Positions 18,669 through 29,664 of a stretch of 64,000 nt of DNA are shown piece by piece (positions within the stretch are counted from its first letter, which is position 1; every line of letters starts with the position of its first letter). A program made the translations under genes and the position numbers. Source of the stretch: Eubacterium sp. (GTDB lineage: Bacteria > Bacillota > Clostridia > Oscillospirales > Acutalibacteraceae); NCBI GenBank assembly GCA_051894075.1, contig JBJFHZ010000103.1:9549-73548 (forward strand), given 5' to 3'. Below the pieces are notes generated by a model, which did no database searches, was not told where the DNA came from, and saw nothing but the letters and a program-made list of their open reading frames with translations.

Positions 18669-21600
18669 TTACGCTCTTGTAATAGTCAAATCAACAGAAG
18701 CAGAAGCTGTTGTTCCGTCTGCATTTGTTACAGTACAGGTTATAGTCGTTTCATTAGTTGAACGAATCTTTCCTGCTGTTGTAAGCGAGATTACACCGCT
18801 GCTGCTGATGGTTACATATGATGTTGCAGAAGATGTATAGCTTACAGATTTAATTGAATTAGCGTTTGACGGTGTAGGAACATAACCCATTGTCAAATTG
18901 AGGTTACTGTTGCTTCCGCCGCAGGAGTATGTAAATGATGAGCTACTGATAACTGTATTATTAGCAGTAAGAGAAAGTGAAGTTACAGGTACAAATCTAT
19001 CAATTACAGACAAGGTATAACTCTTAGTCGTTACTCTGTCATAATCGTCGGTAACGCTAACCTTAACTGTAAGACTGCCTGTGTCAGCAGTCTTTGTGAT
19101 GATAAGACTGCTTCCTACTGCCTCTGTTTCAACACCGCTCTTATTTGTTGTACTGATTTGTACTGACTTATACATTGCACCGTCATTGAGTATAACATCA
19201 AGAACTGCTGTGCCTGAATCAGTATCAGCCTGAACAAAGCCTTCGTTCTCAAGAACATCCTCGCCCTGCATAAGAGTGATTTCAGGAGTGATAAAGTCAT
19301 GACCGTCAAGATTAGACATAGCCTCAGTCAATATCGTGCAGGCGGAATCAATCTCATCCTGTGTTGCATAGACATTGTTATATACTGTTAAAGCATCATC
19401 ATATGCAGCTTTAAATGCCATACCATAATCATAAGCATAATCGGTATATGTAATTGATGAAGCAGTATCTATTGCGGCTTTAAGGGCAGTTGTATCCCAA
19501 GTTGTGTAAGCAGTAATAGTTGCTGTATAACCGCCGTCAAGGGTTGTTGCGGTAATTGTTGCACTACCCTGTGAAATAAAGGTAACTAAACCATAATTAT
19601 CAACTGTTGCTACATCCGTATTATCAGATTCATAAATGCAATCTGTAACAATGGCCGTTGACAATGATGAATTATTAGAATTCTTGATTGTCGGAGAAAG
19701 AGTAACTGTTTGTGCGGGAGCTCCGAACACCTTTTCGTCGCTGAAGCTGATACCTGTTGTGCCGTATCTTACGAATGAAACATAAGCAGAAGCAGTAAAG
19801 CTTTCTCCCCTCACATTTTCTACTGTACAGGTTACCTTTGTAACTCCTGCAGTGCTCTTTGTATTAGTAAGAATACCATTTTCATCAACTGTAATATCCG
19901 GATTTGATGACTCCCATTTTACAGATGTATAAATTGAATTTTCCGGAACTACATTCGGAACAAGACTAACAGTTCTGTTACTCAAAAGTGAATCGGTATA
20001 ACGGATAAAGCCGTCTTTTACGGTAGAAACCTTTGCATTTGCTTCATAGCCAACGCTAACGCCCTCAGTTGCGATATAAAGCACAAGTGAATTATATGCG
20101 TCAACAAGCCTTTGCTCCATAGCGTCAGCCTCAGCCTGAGTAACCTTGCCCTCATTAACCATAGTCTGAGCCTCCGCTACACAGGAGCTGAGAACATCAA
20201 GGCTTTCCTCTGTATAAGTATGTGAATCCTTAACTGACTGAATGAGATTGTAATACTCAGTCTGCTTTGAAGCAAGAGAGCTGAAGTCAGTCTGAACCTC
20301 AATTGAAATAGTATCTGTATAACCGCCGTCAAGGGTCTTACCTGTTATAGTAGCAGTACCCTTTTCAACAGGAGTAACAGCACCGTTTGCATCAACAGTT
20401 GCAACGCTCTCATTTGATGAGCTCCAAATTACATTAGTAAATTCTCCGCTTCCCGATAAGCTGTATGTAAGCTGATAAGGTGATGCAGTTGCAAGAAGAA
20501 TCTTTGAAGATTCGCTGATGTCAAAGCCTGTGCAGGTTTTGTCTGACATTACTAATGCAATGCTTCTTGAAACTGTCCTGTCGTACTTATCTGTAAGAGT
20601 AACTGTCAGCCTTGCCCAAGCACCGGATGACTTTTCATTAGGTGTAAGCTTAATTGTGTCACCGCTTGTTGAAGTACTCATATCCTTTGACTCAGTCACA
20701 CTCCAGCTTACTGACTTATACATAGCGTCCGAAGTATTCGGAGAAGGAGAAAGAGTTACATCGTTATAGTTGTTATAATTAGAATATGAAGATGAAAGAT
20801 TAACCGAAAGCGAATCGCTTGTGCCTATTGTACCGCTTGCAACCTGTGAAGCAGAGCCTGCCAACGGTCTCTTATAGGTTGTATATGAAACGGCAACTGT
20901 TTGGGCAAGAGTAAACGGATGCTGTATCATAGTCTGGTATGCATTTACAAGATTATTAGCCGCTGTATCAATCTCTGCCTGACTTAAAGTATTATCAGTC
21001 ATTGCCACGTTGGCTGCATCATATGCAGACTTGAACGCCATACCGTAATCGTATTCGTAGTTTTTATAATCAACATCCTTGTAATCCTCAAGTGCCTGCA
21101 GGAGAGCAGTTCTGTCGCCCATTGAGGATACGGTACATTCTGCATATATACCTGCATCATAGGATACGGCACGAACTATTGTTGCGCCTGCACTTACAAA
21201 GGTTACAAGACCGTTTTGGTCAACTGTTGCGATATCTAAGTTATCTGACTCCCAGAAGTAATCCTGAATGCTTGCGGCACCGATATGTGTAAGGGATGTA
21301 CCTGTAGGATATACGGTACAGGTAAGCTGATGTGTTTCGCCGATTTCACCGGAGATATTATTTTCCGAAAGCTCAAGTGATGTTACGGGATAACGGGAGA
21401 AGGATACCCAAACGGAATCGCTGAAGGAATTTCCGAAATGGTCTGTAACAGTACAGGTTATCATTCCGTAGCAGCTTGCGTTAATAGTCGGTGAACACTT
21501 ACCGTCTGTTGTTACTGAAATATCTGTAGTTGATGATTCCCATTTAACAGATTCATATGAACCGTTATTCGGATAAAGTCTTACATTAAGGTCAAGAACA

Positions 21601-24600
21601 GCATTCTTATAGCTGATACCCTCTTTAAGATAGCTTAAATCATACTGATAAAATTCCTTTGTAGGCTCACCGTCGAGGTAAAGCTCTACTCTCTGAATAT
21701 AATTATATTTCTTCAAAGACTTGTAGGAATTCTCAAGCTTAGTATACATTGCGTCAACTTCATTTTGCGAATATCCGCCCTTGGCTATCATGGCCTGAGC
21801 TTCACTCATTGTTGCCTGGAAATATTCCCAAGTATCGGGATAATAATTTATCTCATTAAGTGAAAGGTCATTATACTGCTGAACAAGAAGACTGAGCTTT
21901 GTATAATTTGTTACAACATTTACGGCACACTGTGCAGTAAAGCCGCCGTCATATGTTGTACAGTAAACGGTACAGTCGCCGCCCTCGACAAAGGTTACAA
22001 CACCGTTTTGGTCAACAGTTGCAATTTCCTCATTGTCGGAATACCAGTATACATCTGTACAGCTTGCACCGCCCACAACACCAACCGGCTTAGGATAAAC
22101 CGTAGCCTTAAGAGTTTGGGTTTCGCCGATTTTTCCGCCGTAGATGCTATCTGTATCAAGGGTTAATCCTGTTACCGGAGTACGGGCAAAGGCAATGTAT
22201 ATGCTGTCTGACGTTTCCGTACCCATATAGTCCTTAATCGTGCAGGTGATTACTGCAGAGCAGGGGTCATTTGATGTAGGCTGGCATTTTCCGTTCTTGT
22301 CAACCTTTATGGAATCATTTGAAGATGTCCACTCAATTTCGCTGTACATTGCGTTTGACGGAATAACCTTATAATCAAGGTCATAGCTCTGTTTATTATA
22401 GTAAGCAGTAGAGCCTACCTTTACAGTAATATAGTCGCTTGAAAGCTGGGTCTTATTAGTACCGAGAATGTCAATTCCTGCAATTCCCACAAAACCACCC
22501 AGCCTATAGAAAGCAAACAGCAATTCTTTAGCATATGTATCACAGGTGGTCTGAGAAGCCATAGGCTGATCGTAAAGAACAGTATAAGCAAGGTCAAGCT
22601 TTCTCATATACTGATTGTACTGTGTTCTGTTTTCGCTTGTACGCTTAATAACTGTTTTATCGCAGAGATTAACAATATTTCTCAAATATGTTTTATCGGG
22701 ATATACGGTCACCTCAACTGTATCAACAATACCACCGTCGGCAGATACGCAGTAAAGAGTTGCAGTACCTACATCAACACCTGTAACAGTTGCATCTCTG
22801 TTATCGTTAGTCTTAGTCTTTACAGTAAAGATAGATTCGTCGCTTGAATACCAGTTACACTTGTAGCAGGCATAGGCTGTTCCTGTCCAGCTACCGTCAA
22901 AGCCCATTGTATGAGTTGCATCAGTCTGATATCCTCTTGTAACCTCTATTTTATCCTCGTTAATTGTATTGCTTGTAGCATAGTTTCTTGTAACGCAGAA
23001 GGTAATTGTATTTGAAACAACCTCTCCGTCCTCGGAAACGGCATAAATATTAAAGGTATCGGCAACCTCGTGGTTAGCCTTTTGCTCTACTGTTGCAGTA
23101 TGGGTATCGTCGCTGATTTCAGTGCTGTAATAGCCGTTATCAACCACCCACGTGATATTCTGATTTGTAGCATTTGACGGGTAAATTGAGGCTGTAAAGA
23201 TACCGCCGTTTAGATAATATGCCTCTCCTACGCCCTTATGAACGGTGGCATAGGTATAATCCTGTCCGTTTATTGTAACTGTATTAACTTTATTGAGAGT
23301 GCCGTTTGACGTTGCACCTGTTGCCGCTATCTCTATTTTGTCAATAGGAACACCGTTTTTAACCTCAAAGGTTCTTGTGAAGGAAGAAATTTCATAAAAG
23401 CTTCCGTCGGAGATATAATATCCGGTCTGTGCTTTAATTGCTATTGTGCAGTATCCTCCGTTGGTTGCCGTATAGTGACCTGACGAGGTTATTGTACCTA
23501 TACCGTCGGTAGCAGGATTTTCGGCATCTGCCCAAAGATATATCGGGTTTCCGTCCTCATCCTCGCCGTTGACGATACCCCAAGTGATATACAAATTGTC
23601 GGACTCGGCAACTCTCTGGGGATAAATGGTATAGGAATAGTCGGCTTCCTGATTCATTTCAACAGTGCTTGGTCCCACTATTTCAACATCAGACAGGTAC
23701 TTACCTGTTTTACCCGTGACGGTTATATCGTAGGATTTTTCAACATTATTTGCCGCTGAAACAGCGTAAATCGTACATTTCTGTGATGACAGATTACCGA
23801 GTGAACCACCTGCGTCACGACCTGTTACAATTCCTGTTTCCGGGTCAACACTTGCTATTTCGGGATTTGATGACCTCCAGGTAATATCACTTGTATCACC
23901 TACGGAAGGTACAACATCAGTAATTTCAAGCTGAATCTGTGAGCCCTCTCTTACTTTGTTGGCGCCGCTGATTTTGAAATCCTCAATAGGCTTTGCTTCA
24001 ACAACGGTAAATGTTATTGTGTCATTATATACAAACTGAAGAACAAGATTTCCTATTATTTCAACTGCTGTTGCAGTAAGCTGAACAGGGTCGGCAACGT
24101 CACCTGCAATATCCTTAATTGCAAAGCATAAATCGAGAAGACCTGCAAGAACTGTTCTGTTCATATCAATTCCGACATAATCAATAAGTATTCCTGCAAG
24201 CTTATCGGTATTTATTGTTCCTGTATTTTCAAGCTCATAGAAATAATTTACAAGCTTTAATATGCCTTGAATGATTTCCTCTGTATCCGGAGAAACCATA
24301 ATGGTTACCGTACCGGTATTTTTAAAGGTTACAAGACCGCTGTCATTTACGGTAGCAACAACCTTACCCTGATCAAATACAGATGTACTCTTTACAGAAT
24401 ATACAACACCGTAATGAAGTCTTAATGGTGTTGTAACAGCATAAAGCTGTGCAGTTGATCCTACCGCAACAGTAGTGTTAATCTGCGATTTATTTGTAAT
24501 ATGAGTTCCGTTTGGAAGGAAATTTGCATACCATTCCTCGCTCTTAAGAACGCAAATATTAACATAGTCGTCGTCAAGAAGTGTTCCGTCTGAAGAATAA

Positions 24601-25223
24601 AGCTGACAGTGAATATTTGAATTGATATTATCGAGATAGTAACGCAGTGAATCAATAAGCTCACCTTCATATGAATCTATCCAGCCTGCAATAGGAGAAT
24701 CCGATCCAAATGCCGCCTCAACTATATCAATAATCTCCTCTGTATCCATTGAGTCAAGGTCTACATATTCATTGAATAGTGCTTTTTCAAGAACAGATGC
24801 AATGAGGCTTCCTACAAGAGGAATAGTCTTTACCTCATTATCAATCCAGGTCTGAACAACTGCGCCCTTTGATGAGTCAAATGCTTTAACTACACCGTTC
24901 TGGTCAACATCAACAAGGGTAGGAGTTTCGCTGTACCATTTGATATATCCGTTATCGGGCATGGAAGAATCAATAAGCTTATACGTAAGATTAAGCTTTT
25001 CACCCTCGTGCATATATTCAACATAGGTCTGCTTTTCATCATCGGGAACCGTGTCATCAATATATTTAGGCACGATAGTATCCGTGTCCTTGTAGAAAAT
25101 CTCCAAAGGATAATAGCCCTCTACACCGTCGCCTGCAAATGCACTGAAGGCAGGCAGACTTCCCGTAAACGCAATAAGAACGGAAAGAAGTATACTTATC
25201 AATTTTTTACTTTTCTTCTTCAT
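18669..25223 (-). CDS. Very large secreted protein with Big_2 Ig-like and FIVAR-like repeats
   Basis: Signal peptide; many W.SS...IA.VD..G.VT repeats; five helical repeats of the D...L...Y...A....SQ.EID.A...L..A...L type. Confidence 0.88.
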   Translation of the reverse strand: MKKKSKKLISILLSVLIAFTGSLPAFSAFAGDGVEGYYPLEIFYKDTDTIVPKYIDDTVPDDEKQTYVEYMHEGEKLNLTYKLIDSSMPDNGYIKWYSETPTLVDVDQNGVVKAFDSSKGAVVQTWIDNEVKTIPLVGSLIASVLEKALFNEYVDLDSMDTEEIIDIVEAAFGSDSPIAGWIDSYEGELIDSLRYYLDNINSNIHCQLYSSDGTLLDDDYVNICVLKSEEWYANFLPNGTHITNKSQINTTVAVGSTAQLYAVTTPLRLHYGVVYSVKSTSVFDQGKVVATVNDSGLVTFKNTGTVTIMVSPDTEEIIQGILKLVNYFYELENTGTINTDKLAGILIDYVGIDMNRTVLAGLLDLCFAIKDIAGDVADPVQLTATAVEIIGNLVLQFVYNDTITFTVVEAKPIEDFKISGANKVREGSQIQLEITDVVPSVGDTSDITWRSSNPEIASVDPETGIVTGRDAGGSLGNLSSQKCTIYAVSAANNVEKSYDITVTGKTGKYLSDVEIVGPSTVEMNQEADYSYTIYPQRVAESDNLYITWGIVNGEDEDGNPIYLWADAENPATDGIGTITSSGHYTATNGGYCTIAIKAQTGYYISDGSFYEISSFTRTFEVKNGVPIDKIEIAATGATSNGTLNKVNTVTINGQDYTYATVHKGVGEAYYLNGGIFTASIYPSNATNQNITWVVDNGYYSTEISDDTHTATVEQKANHEVADTFNIYAVSEDGEVVSNTITFCVTRNYATSNTINEDKIEVTRGYQTDATHTMGFDGSWTGTAYACYKCNWYSSDESIFTVKTKTNDNRDATVTGVDVGTATLYCVSADGGIVDTVEVTVYPDKTYLRNIVNLCDKTVIKRTSENRTQYNQYMRKLDLAYTVLYDQPMASQTTCDTYAKELLFAFYRLGGFVGIAGIDILGTNKTQLSSDYITVKVGSTAYYNKQSYDLDYKVIPSNAMYSEIEWTSSNDSIKVDKNGKCQPTSNDPCSAVITCTIKDYMGTETSDSIYIAFARTPVTGLTLDTDSIYGGKIGETQTLKATVYPKPVGVVGGASCTDVYWYSDNEEIATVDQNGVVTFVEGGDCTVYCTTYDGGFTAQCAVNVVTNYTKLSLLVQQYNDLSLNEINYYPDTWEYFQATMSEAQAMIAKGGYSQNEVDAMYTKLENSYKSLKKYNYIQRVELYLDGEPTKEFYQYDLSYLKEGISYKNAVLDLNVRLYPNNGSYESVKWESSTTDISVTTDGKCSPTINASCYGMITCTVTDHFGNSFSDSVWVSFSRYPVTSLELSENNISGEIGETHQLTCTVYPTGTSLTHIGAASIQDYFWESDNLDIATVDQNGLVTFVSAGATIVRAVSYDAGIYAECTVSSMGDRTALLQALEDYKDVDYKNYEYDYGMAFKSAYDAANVAMTDNTLSQAEIDTAANNLVNAYQTMIQHPFTLAQTVAVSYTTYKRPLAGSASQVASGTIGTSDSLSVNLSSSYSNYNNYNDVTLSPSPNTSDAMYKSVSWSVTESKDMSTSTSGDTIKLTPNEKSSGAWARLTVTLTDKYDRTVSRSIALVMSDKTCTGFDISESSKILLATASPYQLTYSLSGSGEFTNVIWSSSNESVATVDANGAVTPVEKGTATITGKTLDGGYTDTISIEVQTDFSSLASKQTEYYNLIQSVKDSHTYTEESLDVLSSCVAEAQTMVNEGKVTQAEADAMEQRLVDAYNSLVLYIATEGVSVGYEANAKVSTVKDGFIRYTDSLLSNRTVSLVPNVVPENSIYTSVKWESSNPDITVDENGILTNTKSTAGVTKVTCTVENVRGESFTASAYVSFVRYGTTGISFSDEKVFGAPAQTVTLSPTIKNSNNSSLSTAIVTDCIYESDNTDVATVDNYGLVTFISQGSATITATTLDGGYTATITAYTTWDTTALKAAIDTASSITYTDYAYDYGMAFKAAYDDALTVYNNVYATQDEIDSACTILTEAMSNLDGHDFITPEITLMQGEDVLENEGFVQADTDSGTAVLDVILNDGAMYKSVQISTTNKSGVETEAVGSSLIITKTADTGSLTVKVSVTDDYDRVTTKSYTLSVIDRFVPVTSLSLTANNTVISSSSFTYSCGGSNSNLNLTMGYVPTPSNANSIKSVSYTSSATSYVTISSSGVISLTTAGKIRSTNETTITCTVTNADGTTASASVDLTITRA

Positions 25224-25394
25224 AAAAAACGCTCCTAATTATTTTTCACAAAACAATATGAAATAATTATACAATTTGTTATTTTTGATTATACTATTAA
25301 TTTAATTATACTTCATTAAGACGACATTTTCAATAAATAGTGTTCAGTAATGTTTAACAAACTTGTCATCTTAGTTTTGTACATTATTTACAAA

Positions 25395-25426
25395 AAAACA
25401 GACCGTATATAAAAACGGTCTGTTTT
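25395..25426. terminator. Intrinsic terminator
   Basis: AAAACAGACCGT/ACGGTCTGTTTT stem after the DUF975 gene. Confidence 0.8.
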
Positions 25427-25438
25427 GCTCATTTTATT

Positions 25439-26644
25439 TTACTGATTTTCGCTGTTTTTGTCCTGCTCATTCGGCGTATAATAATCTGCATTATCATCGC
25501 CGCAAGACTCCTCATTGACATATTCGCCGGACACTCCGTCGCCCTGAGGCTCAGCATATGAATAATTCACATTCTGTGGATTTTCTGCTTCGGGCTCAGT
25601 CTGATTCGGCTGATAATAATAGCCTTGCTGATTATCGCCCTGCTGTGTGTAATAATTCTGTCCTGCTGATGAATTATACTGTCCGCCCATATTCGGGTTA
25701 TAGTAATTTCCTTGAGTGTTTGCAGAAGCATATTTTCTAATACGCTCCTCGTCGGAAAGAAAATCATCCTCGTTTACTCTTCCTTCTGCAAGTGCTCTCA
25801 TACGGAAATTCTCATAATAAAGTGCCTGAGTGGTATAGTAATAAGGAATTACGTAGATAGATGCTATTCCGCAGGTAATTGCACAAAGCAGGAACCAAGG
25901 AATAAAGCTTACGTCAAGCCAGAAAAGCTCCGACCTGTTTCCTTTAACAATCTTCTTTGAAAGCTTAAGCGCCTCTGTAGGCTTAAGATTCGGATAGTCA
26001 TTCATAAGCTGGAAAGCAAAATATGAGCTGTAGCTATAAACTATACCTGGAATTATAAAGAGAATGCTCCAAAGAATAATAAACAGGTTTCTGAGAATGT
26101 AAATAAGAAGCTTTCTTAGGAATGATTTATCATAGGATTTATTCAAAAGATTTTTAAGCTCTGCACCCAGCTTAAGCTCCTCCTCCGGATTTTTCCTTAT
26201 AAACATAACGTAAAATCCGCAAAGAGTAACAAAAAGCGGTGAGAAAATAACGCTAATCAAGGCACTAATTGAGTATATTCCTTCGCCGTTGTCAGTATCT
26301 ATGATGGTTGCTGCTACTCCTGCGATTTCTGGTGTATAGCCCTGAGGAGTATTTTTACCGAAATTCTCTAAAGGATTGTCAGCGCTGTTTTGAGTACCGT
26401 CACCGTCGGAAAACTGGCCGAAATAATCGTAGTAATCGTTATAGTCATTTAAGCTATTGCCATCGTCATAGCTGTAATTATTTCTGCTTTTTATATCATT
26501 ATAGCTATCTCTTATTCCCATATATACAGAAAAGCCGTTTGTCAGCATAAGCGCCACAGCACTTACGATAAACAAAACAAATACTCTGTCTCTAATCAGC
26601 TTTTTAGCCTGAGATTTCACAAGAACTCTGTTAATATTATTCAT
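25439..26644 (-). CDS. DUF975 family membrane protein with Q/N/Y-rich tail
   Basis: LWS.LFIIPGI...YS, EAL.LSK....G....LF.L..SF..W, PY......YY. Confidence 0.85.
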   Translation of the reverse strand: MNNINRVLVKSQAKKLIRDRVFVLFIVSAVALMLTNGFSVYMGIRDSYNDIKSRNNYSYDDGNSLNDYNDYYDYFGQFSDGDGTQNSADNPLENFGKNTPQGYTPEIAGVAATIIDTDNGEGIYSISALISVIFSPLFVTLCGFYVMFIRKNPEEELKLGAELKNLLNKSYDKSFLRKLLIYILRNLFIILWSILFIIPGIVYSYSSYFAFQLMNDYPNLKPTEALKLSKKIVKGNRSELFWLDVSFIPWFLLCAITCGIASIYVIPYYYTTQALYYENFRMRALAEGRVNEDDFLSDEERIRKYASANTQGNYYNPNMGGQYNSSAGQNYYTQQGDNQQGYYYQPNQTEPEAENPQNVNYSYAEPQGDGVSGEYVNEESCGDDNADYYTPNEQDKNSENQ

Positions 26645-26691
26645 AATAATTCACTCTTTTCAAATTATTAGAGCGCTGAATTTTTAATAAG

Positions 26692-28074
26692 CTAAAATTC
26701 CAGCTTACTCTCAACAAATGCAACAAGCTCATCAATAGGAAGTCTAACCTGCTCCATTGTATCTCTGTCACGGACTGTTACGCAATTGTCCTCAACCGAG
26801 TCGAAATCATATGTGATACAGTAAGGAGTGCCGATTTCATCCTGACGGCGATATCTTTTACCGATTGAGCCTGCGTCATCAAAATCAACATTGAACTTCT
26901 TTGACAGCATTGAGAAAACCTCACCCGCCTGCTCACTGAGCTTCTTTGAAAGCGGAAGAACAGCAGCCTTAAACGGAGCAAGAACAGGATGGAAATGCAT
27001 AACAATTCTCTTATCGTTCTTTTCTTCGTCAATCATTTCCTCGTCATAAGCCTCTGTAAGTACAGCAAGAAAAAGTCTTTCAACACCCAAGGAAGGCTCA
27101 ATTACATAAGGAACGTATTTTTCCCCTGTGGTTTGGTCAAAATACTCGAGATTTTTACCGCTTGTTTTGATATGCTGTGTAAGGTCGTAGTCTGTTCTGT
27201 CGGCAACGCCCCAAAGCTCGCCCCAGCCAAAGGGGAATTTATACTCAAAGTCTGTTGTAGCCTTTGAATAGAAGCAAAGCTCCTCAGGGTCATGGTCACG
27301 GAGGCGAAGATTTTCCTCGCTGATGCCAAGAGAATAGAGCCAGTCACGGCAGAAGCCTCTCCAATAATCAAACCACTCAAGGTCAGTACCGGGCTTGCAG
27401 AAAAATTCAAGCTCCATCTGTTCAAATTCACGTACACGGAAAATAAACTTACCCGGTGTAATCTCGTTTCTGAAGGACTTACCGATTTGAGCAACGCCGA
27501 AAGGAATCTTCTTTCTGGATGTTCTTTGAACATTTGCAAAGTTTACAAAAATACCCTGTGCAGTTTCGGGACGGAGATAAATTTCGTCCTTAGCGTCCTC
27601 AGTAACACCCTGAAAGGTTTTGAACATAAGGTTAAACTGGCGGATATCCGTGAAATTATGTGCTCCGCAGTTAGGACACGGAATATTATGCTCTTTAATA
27701 TATGCAGACATATCCTCATTGCTCCAGCCTGCAACATTAGTACCGTCAAAGTCCTCAATAAGCTGGTCAGCTCTGTGTCTTGTTTTACATTCACAACAGT
27801 CCATAAGAGGATCTGAAAATCCGCCCAAATGACCTGAAGCAACCCATGTCTGCGGATTCATAAGGATTGCACTGTCAAGACCTACATTGTAAGGATTCTC
27901 CTGAATAAACTTCTTTCTCCAAGCCTTTTTGATATTTTCTTTCAGCTCAACGCCAAGGGGACCGTAATCCCAAGTGTTTGCAAGACCGCCGTAAATTTCC
28001 GAGCCTGCATATACAAAGCCCCTGCCCTTGCAGAGAGCAACTAACTGTTCAAGTGTCTTTTCTGTATTATCCAT
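26692..28074 (-). CDS. glyQS: Glycine--tRNA ligase (homodimeric type)
   Basis: EIYGG...[54 protein letters not shown]. Confidence 0.97.
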   Translation of the reverse strand: MDNTEKTLEQLVALCKGRGFVYAGSEIYGGLANTWDYGPLGVELKENIKKAWRKKFIQENPYNVGLDSAILMNPQTWVASGHLGGFSDPLMDCCECKTRHRADQLIEDFDGTNVAGWSNEDMSAYIKEHNIPCPNCGAHNFTDIRQFNLMFKTFQGVTEDAKDEIYLRPETAQGIFVNFANVQRTSRKKIPFGVAQIGKSFRNEITPGKFIFRVREFEQMELEFFCKPGTDLEWFDYWRGFCRDWLYSLGISEENLRLRDHDPEELCFYSKATTDFEYKFPFGWGELWGVADRTDYDLTQHIKTSGKNLEYFDQTTGEKYVPYVIEPSLGVERLFLAVLTEAYDEEMIDEEKNDKRIVMHFHPVLAPFKAAVLPLSKKLSEQAGEVFSMLSKKFNVDFDDAGSIGKRYRRQDEIGTPYCITYDFDSVEDNCVTVRDRDTMEQVRLPIDELVAFVESKLEF

Positions 28075-28153
28075 ATGATAAACCTCCGAGTAATTATACG
28101 TATTTCATTTTACAATGTTTTATTAAATAAGTCAATAAACTTGTTATAAAAAA

Positions 28154-28183
28154 CAAACCGAAAGACAAAAATCCTTCGGTTTG
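28154..28183. terminator. Intrinsic terminator
   Basis: CAAACCGAA/TTCGGTTTG stem with A tract, downstream of the G5-3D gene. Confidence 0.7.
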
Positions 28184-28200
28184 ATAATAGCATATTAATT

Positions 28201-29433
28201 TTACCAGCCAATTCTGATTATAGTCAAGGTGCATTTACCTGTGCCGTAGCGATAGCAAGCCTTATGACCTTCGGGAGTGAAGATATCAACTCTTCCCTCT
28301 GCTGAAAGACCTGAACCACCTCTGTCGACAACTGTATAATTAGTTCCGTCAATATTTACAACAGAACCAAGCGGAAGCCAGTTACAAGCGATATAGTAAG
28401 GGTCCTTCATACCATTGCTTACCTTCTTACCGCTGGCAGTTCTTCCTGTTCCCGAACCGCATATGCCGCAGGCGCAGTAGTGAGTATATCTGCCCTCAAT
28501 TACCTGACCAACCTTATAGCCGTTCTTGGATTTAACACCGTTCGCTTTAACATTTGTATTACCTGATGTCTTTTTTGAACCGACCTTGACAACCTTGTTC
28601 TTTGCTTTCTTTATAGTCTCTCGGGAAATTTCCTTCTTAGTTGTTGCCTTGCCGTTTACATATTTTACTTCATATGTGACATCAGCCTTGCCGTTACTGC
28701 CCTTTGAAACTACTGTTTCAATACCCTGATAGGCAGATGAATCCTTTTTAGTTGTAGTCTTATAGGAAACCTTCTCTGTTTTTGTCTGTTCCTTATACTC
28801 AACTCTGTACACATTTACAGTCATACCCGAAGTAACCTTTTTACTAAGGGCAGGAACAGTATAGTCGTCTTCACCCAGGGTAATGTGTGCAATTTCAAGA
28901 AGGTCCTTTACAGTACCGCTTACAAGCGGGTACTTGATTTTTTCTCCGTCAGCCTTAACATAAACGCTTTTTGACGGATTTACTTTAATAATCATTCCGT
29001 CAACTATAGGGTCAGTTAAGGAACGATTTACATTTTTAGCACTGCCGTATACGATTCCCAGCTCCTTAAGAGCATCTGCAACCGTATCTGCGTAAACCTG
29101 AAATACTCTGATTGTTTCAAAAAACTCAATGTTTACTGTCTTAAGCTTATTAACACGGATTTCTCCGCCCTTGCCTGCTTTAAAATCAGTAATATCAAGC
29201 TTATCACTATTTTCTAATGAAACATTCGCTTGTGACAAGATTTTGACTGGTTCCGTCTCATTTGTTGTAATTGTAAAGCTGCTGTCATCTACGCTTATCT
29301 TAACATTATATGTTGAAGCAAGCTGAGCAAAGGCTGTCGTAGCACAAACTGCAATGATGACAACAAACGCAATTACTGCCGTTATGACTGCACGGCTTAC
29401 ACCTTTTAAGCCACCGGCAACTGATTGGTTCAT
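28201..29433 (-). CDS. YabE/RpfB-like cell-wall hydrolase (DUF348 repeats, G5, 3D-like domain)
   Basis: N-terminal TM; TVADAL...GI repeats; G5 (G..G....TYEV.Y.NG); C-terminal T.YC...CG....TASG, PLGS, DRGG, VDIF. Confidence 0.85.
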   Translation of the reverse strand: MNQSVAGGLKGVSRAVITAVIAFVVIIAVCATTAFAQLASTYNVKISVDDSSFTITTNETEPVKILSQANVSLENSDKLDITDFKAGKGGEIRVNKLKTVNIEFFETIRVFQVYADTVADALKELGIVYGSAKNVNRSLTDPIVDGMIIKVNPSKSVYVKADGEKIKYPLVSGTVKDLLEIAHITLGEDDYTVPALSKKVTSGMTVNVYRVEYKEQTKTEKVSYKTTTKKDSSAYQGIETVVSKGSNGKADVTYEVKYVNGKATTKKEISRETIKKAKNKVVKVGSKKTSGNTNVKANGVKSKNGYKVGQVIEGRYTHYCACGICGSGTGRTASGKKVSNGMKDPYYIACNWLPLGSVVNIDGTNYTVVDRGGSGLSAEGRVDIFTPEGHKACYRYGTGKCTLTIIRIGW

Positions 29434-29629
29434 ATCTTAATCTCCTTTGTTCTTCGGAAACATTAGGCAATGAAGAGTAATCAAAACCGTGGTTTAGATT
29501 GTGCTGATTTCTCTTTATTGCCTGGGTTTCAGCTTTGAAACATTGTTCCTAATATTGATGAAGTGTTAAATTTTTCTTCATCAAGCAGAATTTAGTTTTT
29601 CTGCATTACCGTTATTATTTCCCCGAGCG
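29434..29629 (-). ncRNA. Candidate structured 5' leader (cis-regulatory RNA)
   Basis: Four hairpins enclosed by a 5'/3' closing helix, between a consensus promoter and the RBS. Confidence 0.5.
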
Positions 29630-29635
29630 ATTGAC

Positions 29636-29664
29636 ATTATAGTTACAAGTGCATAAGGTGTCAA
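29636..29664 (-). promoter_or_regulatory. Sigma-A promoter
   Basis: TTGACA-17bp-TATAAT perfect consensus on the minus strand. Confidence 0.85.

Noticed and set aside
27292-27816. Long antisense ORFs (also 38639-39268, 49339-49923 and many shorter ones)
   Set aside because: Shadow frames opposite well-conserved genes with no recognisable motifs
28075-28200. T-box leader for glyQS (and for argS)
   Set aside because: A TTGACT-17-TAAAAT promoter lies about 40 bp from the glyQS start, leaving no room; argS directly follows the DUF1934 gene; no T-box consensus seen
29434-29629. c-di-AMP (ydaO) or c-di-GMP riboswitch
   Set aside because: The characteristic conserved motifs were not found by eye; kept as an unknown leader
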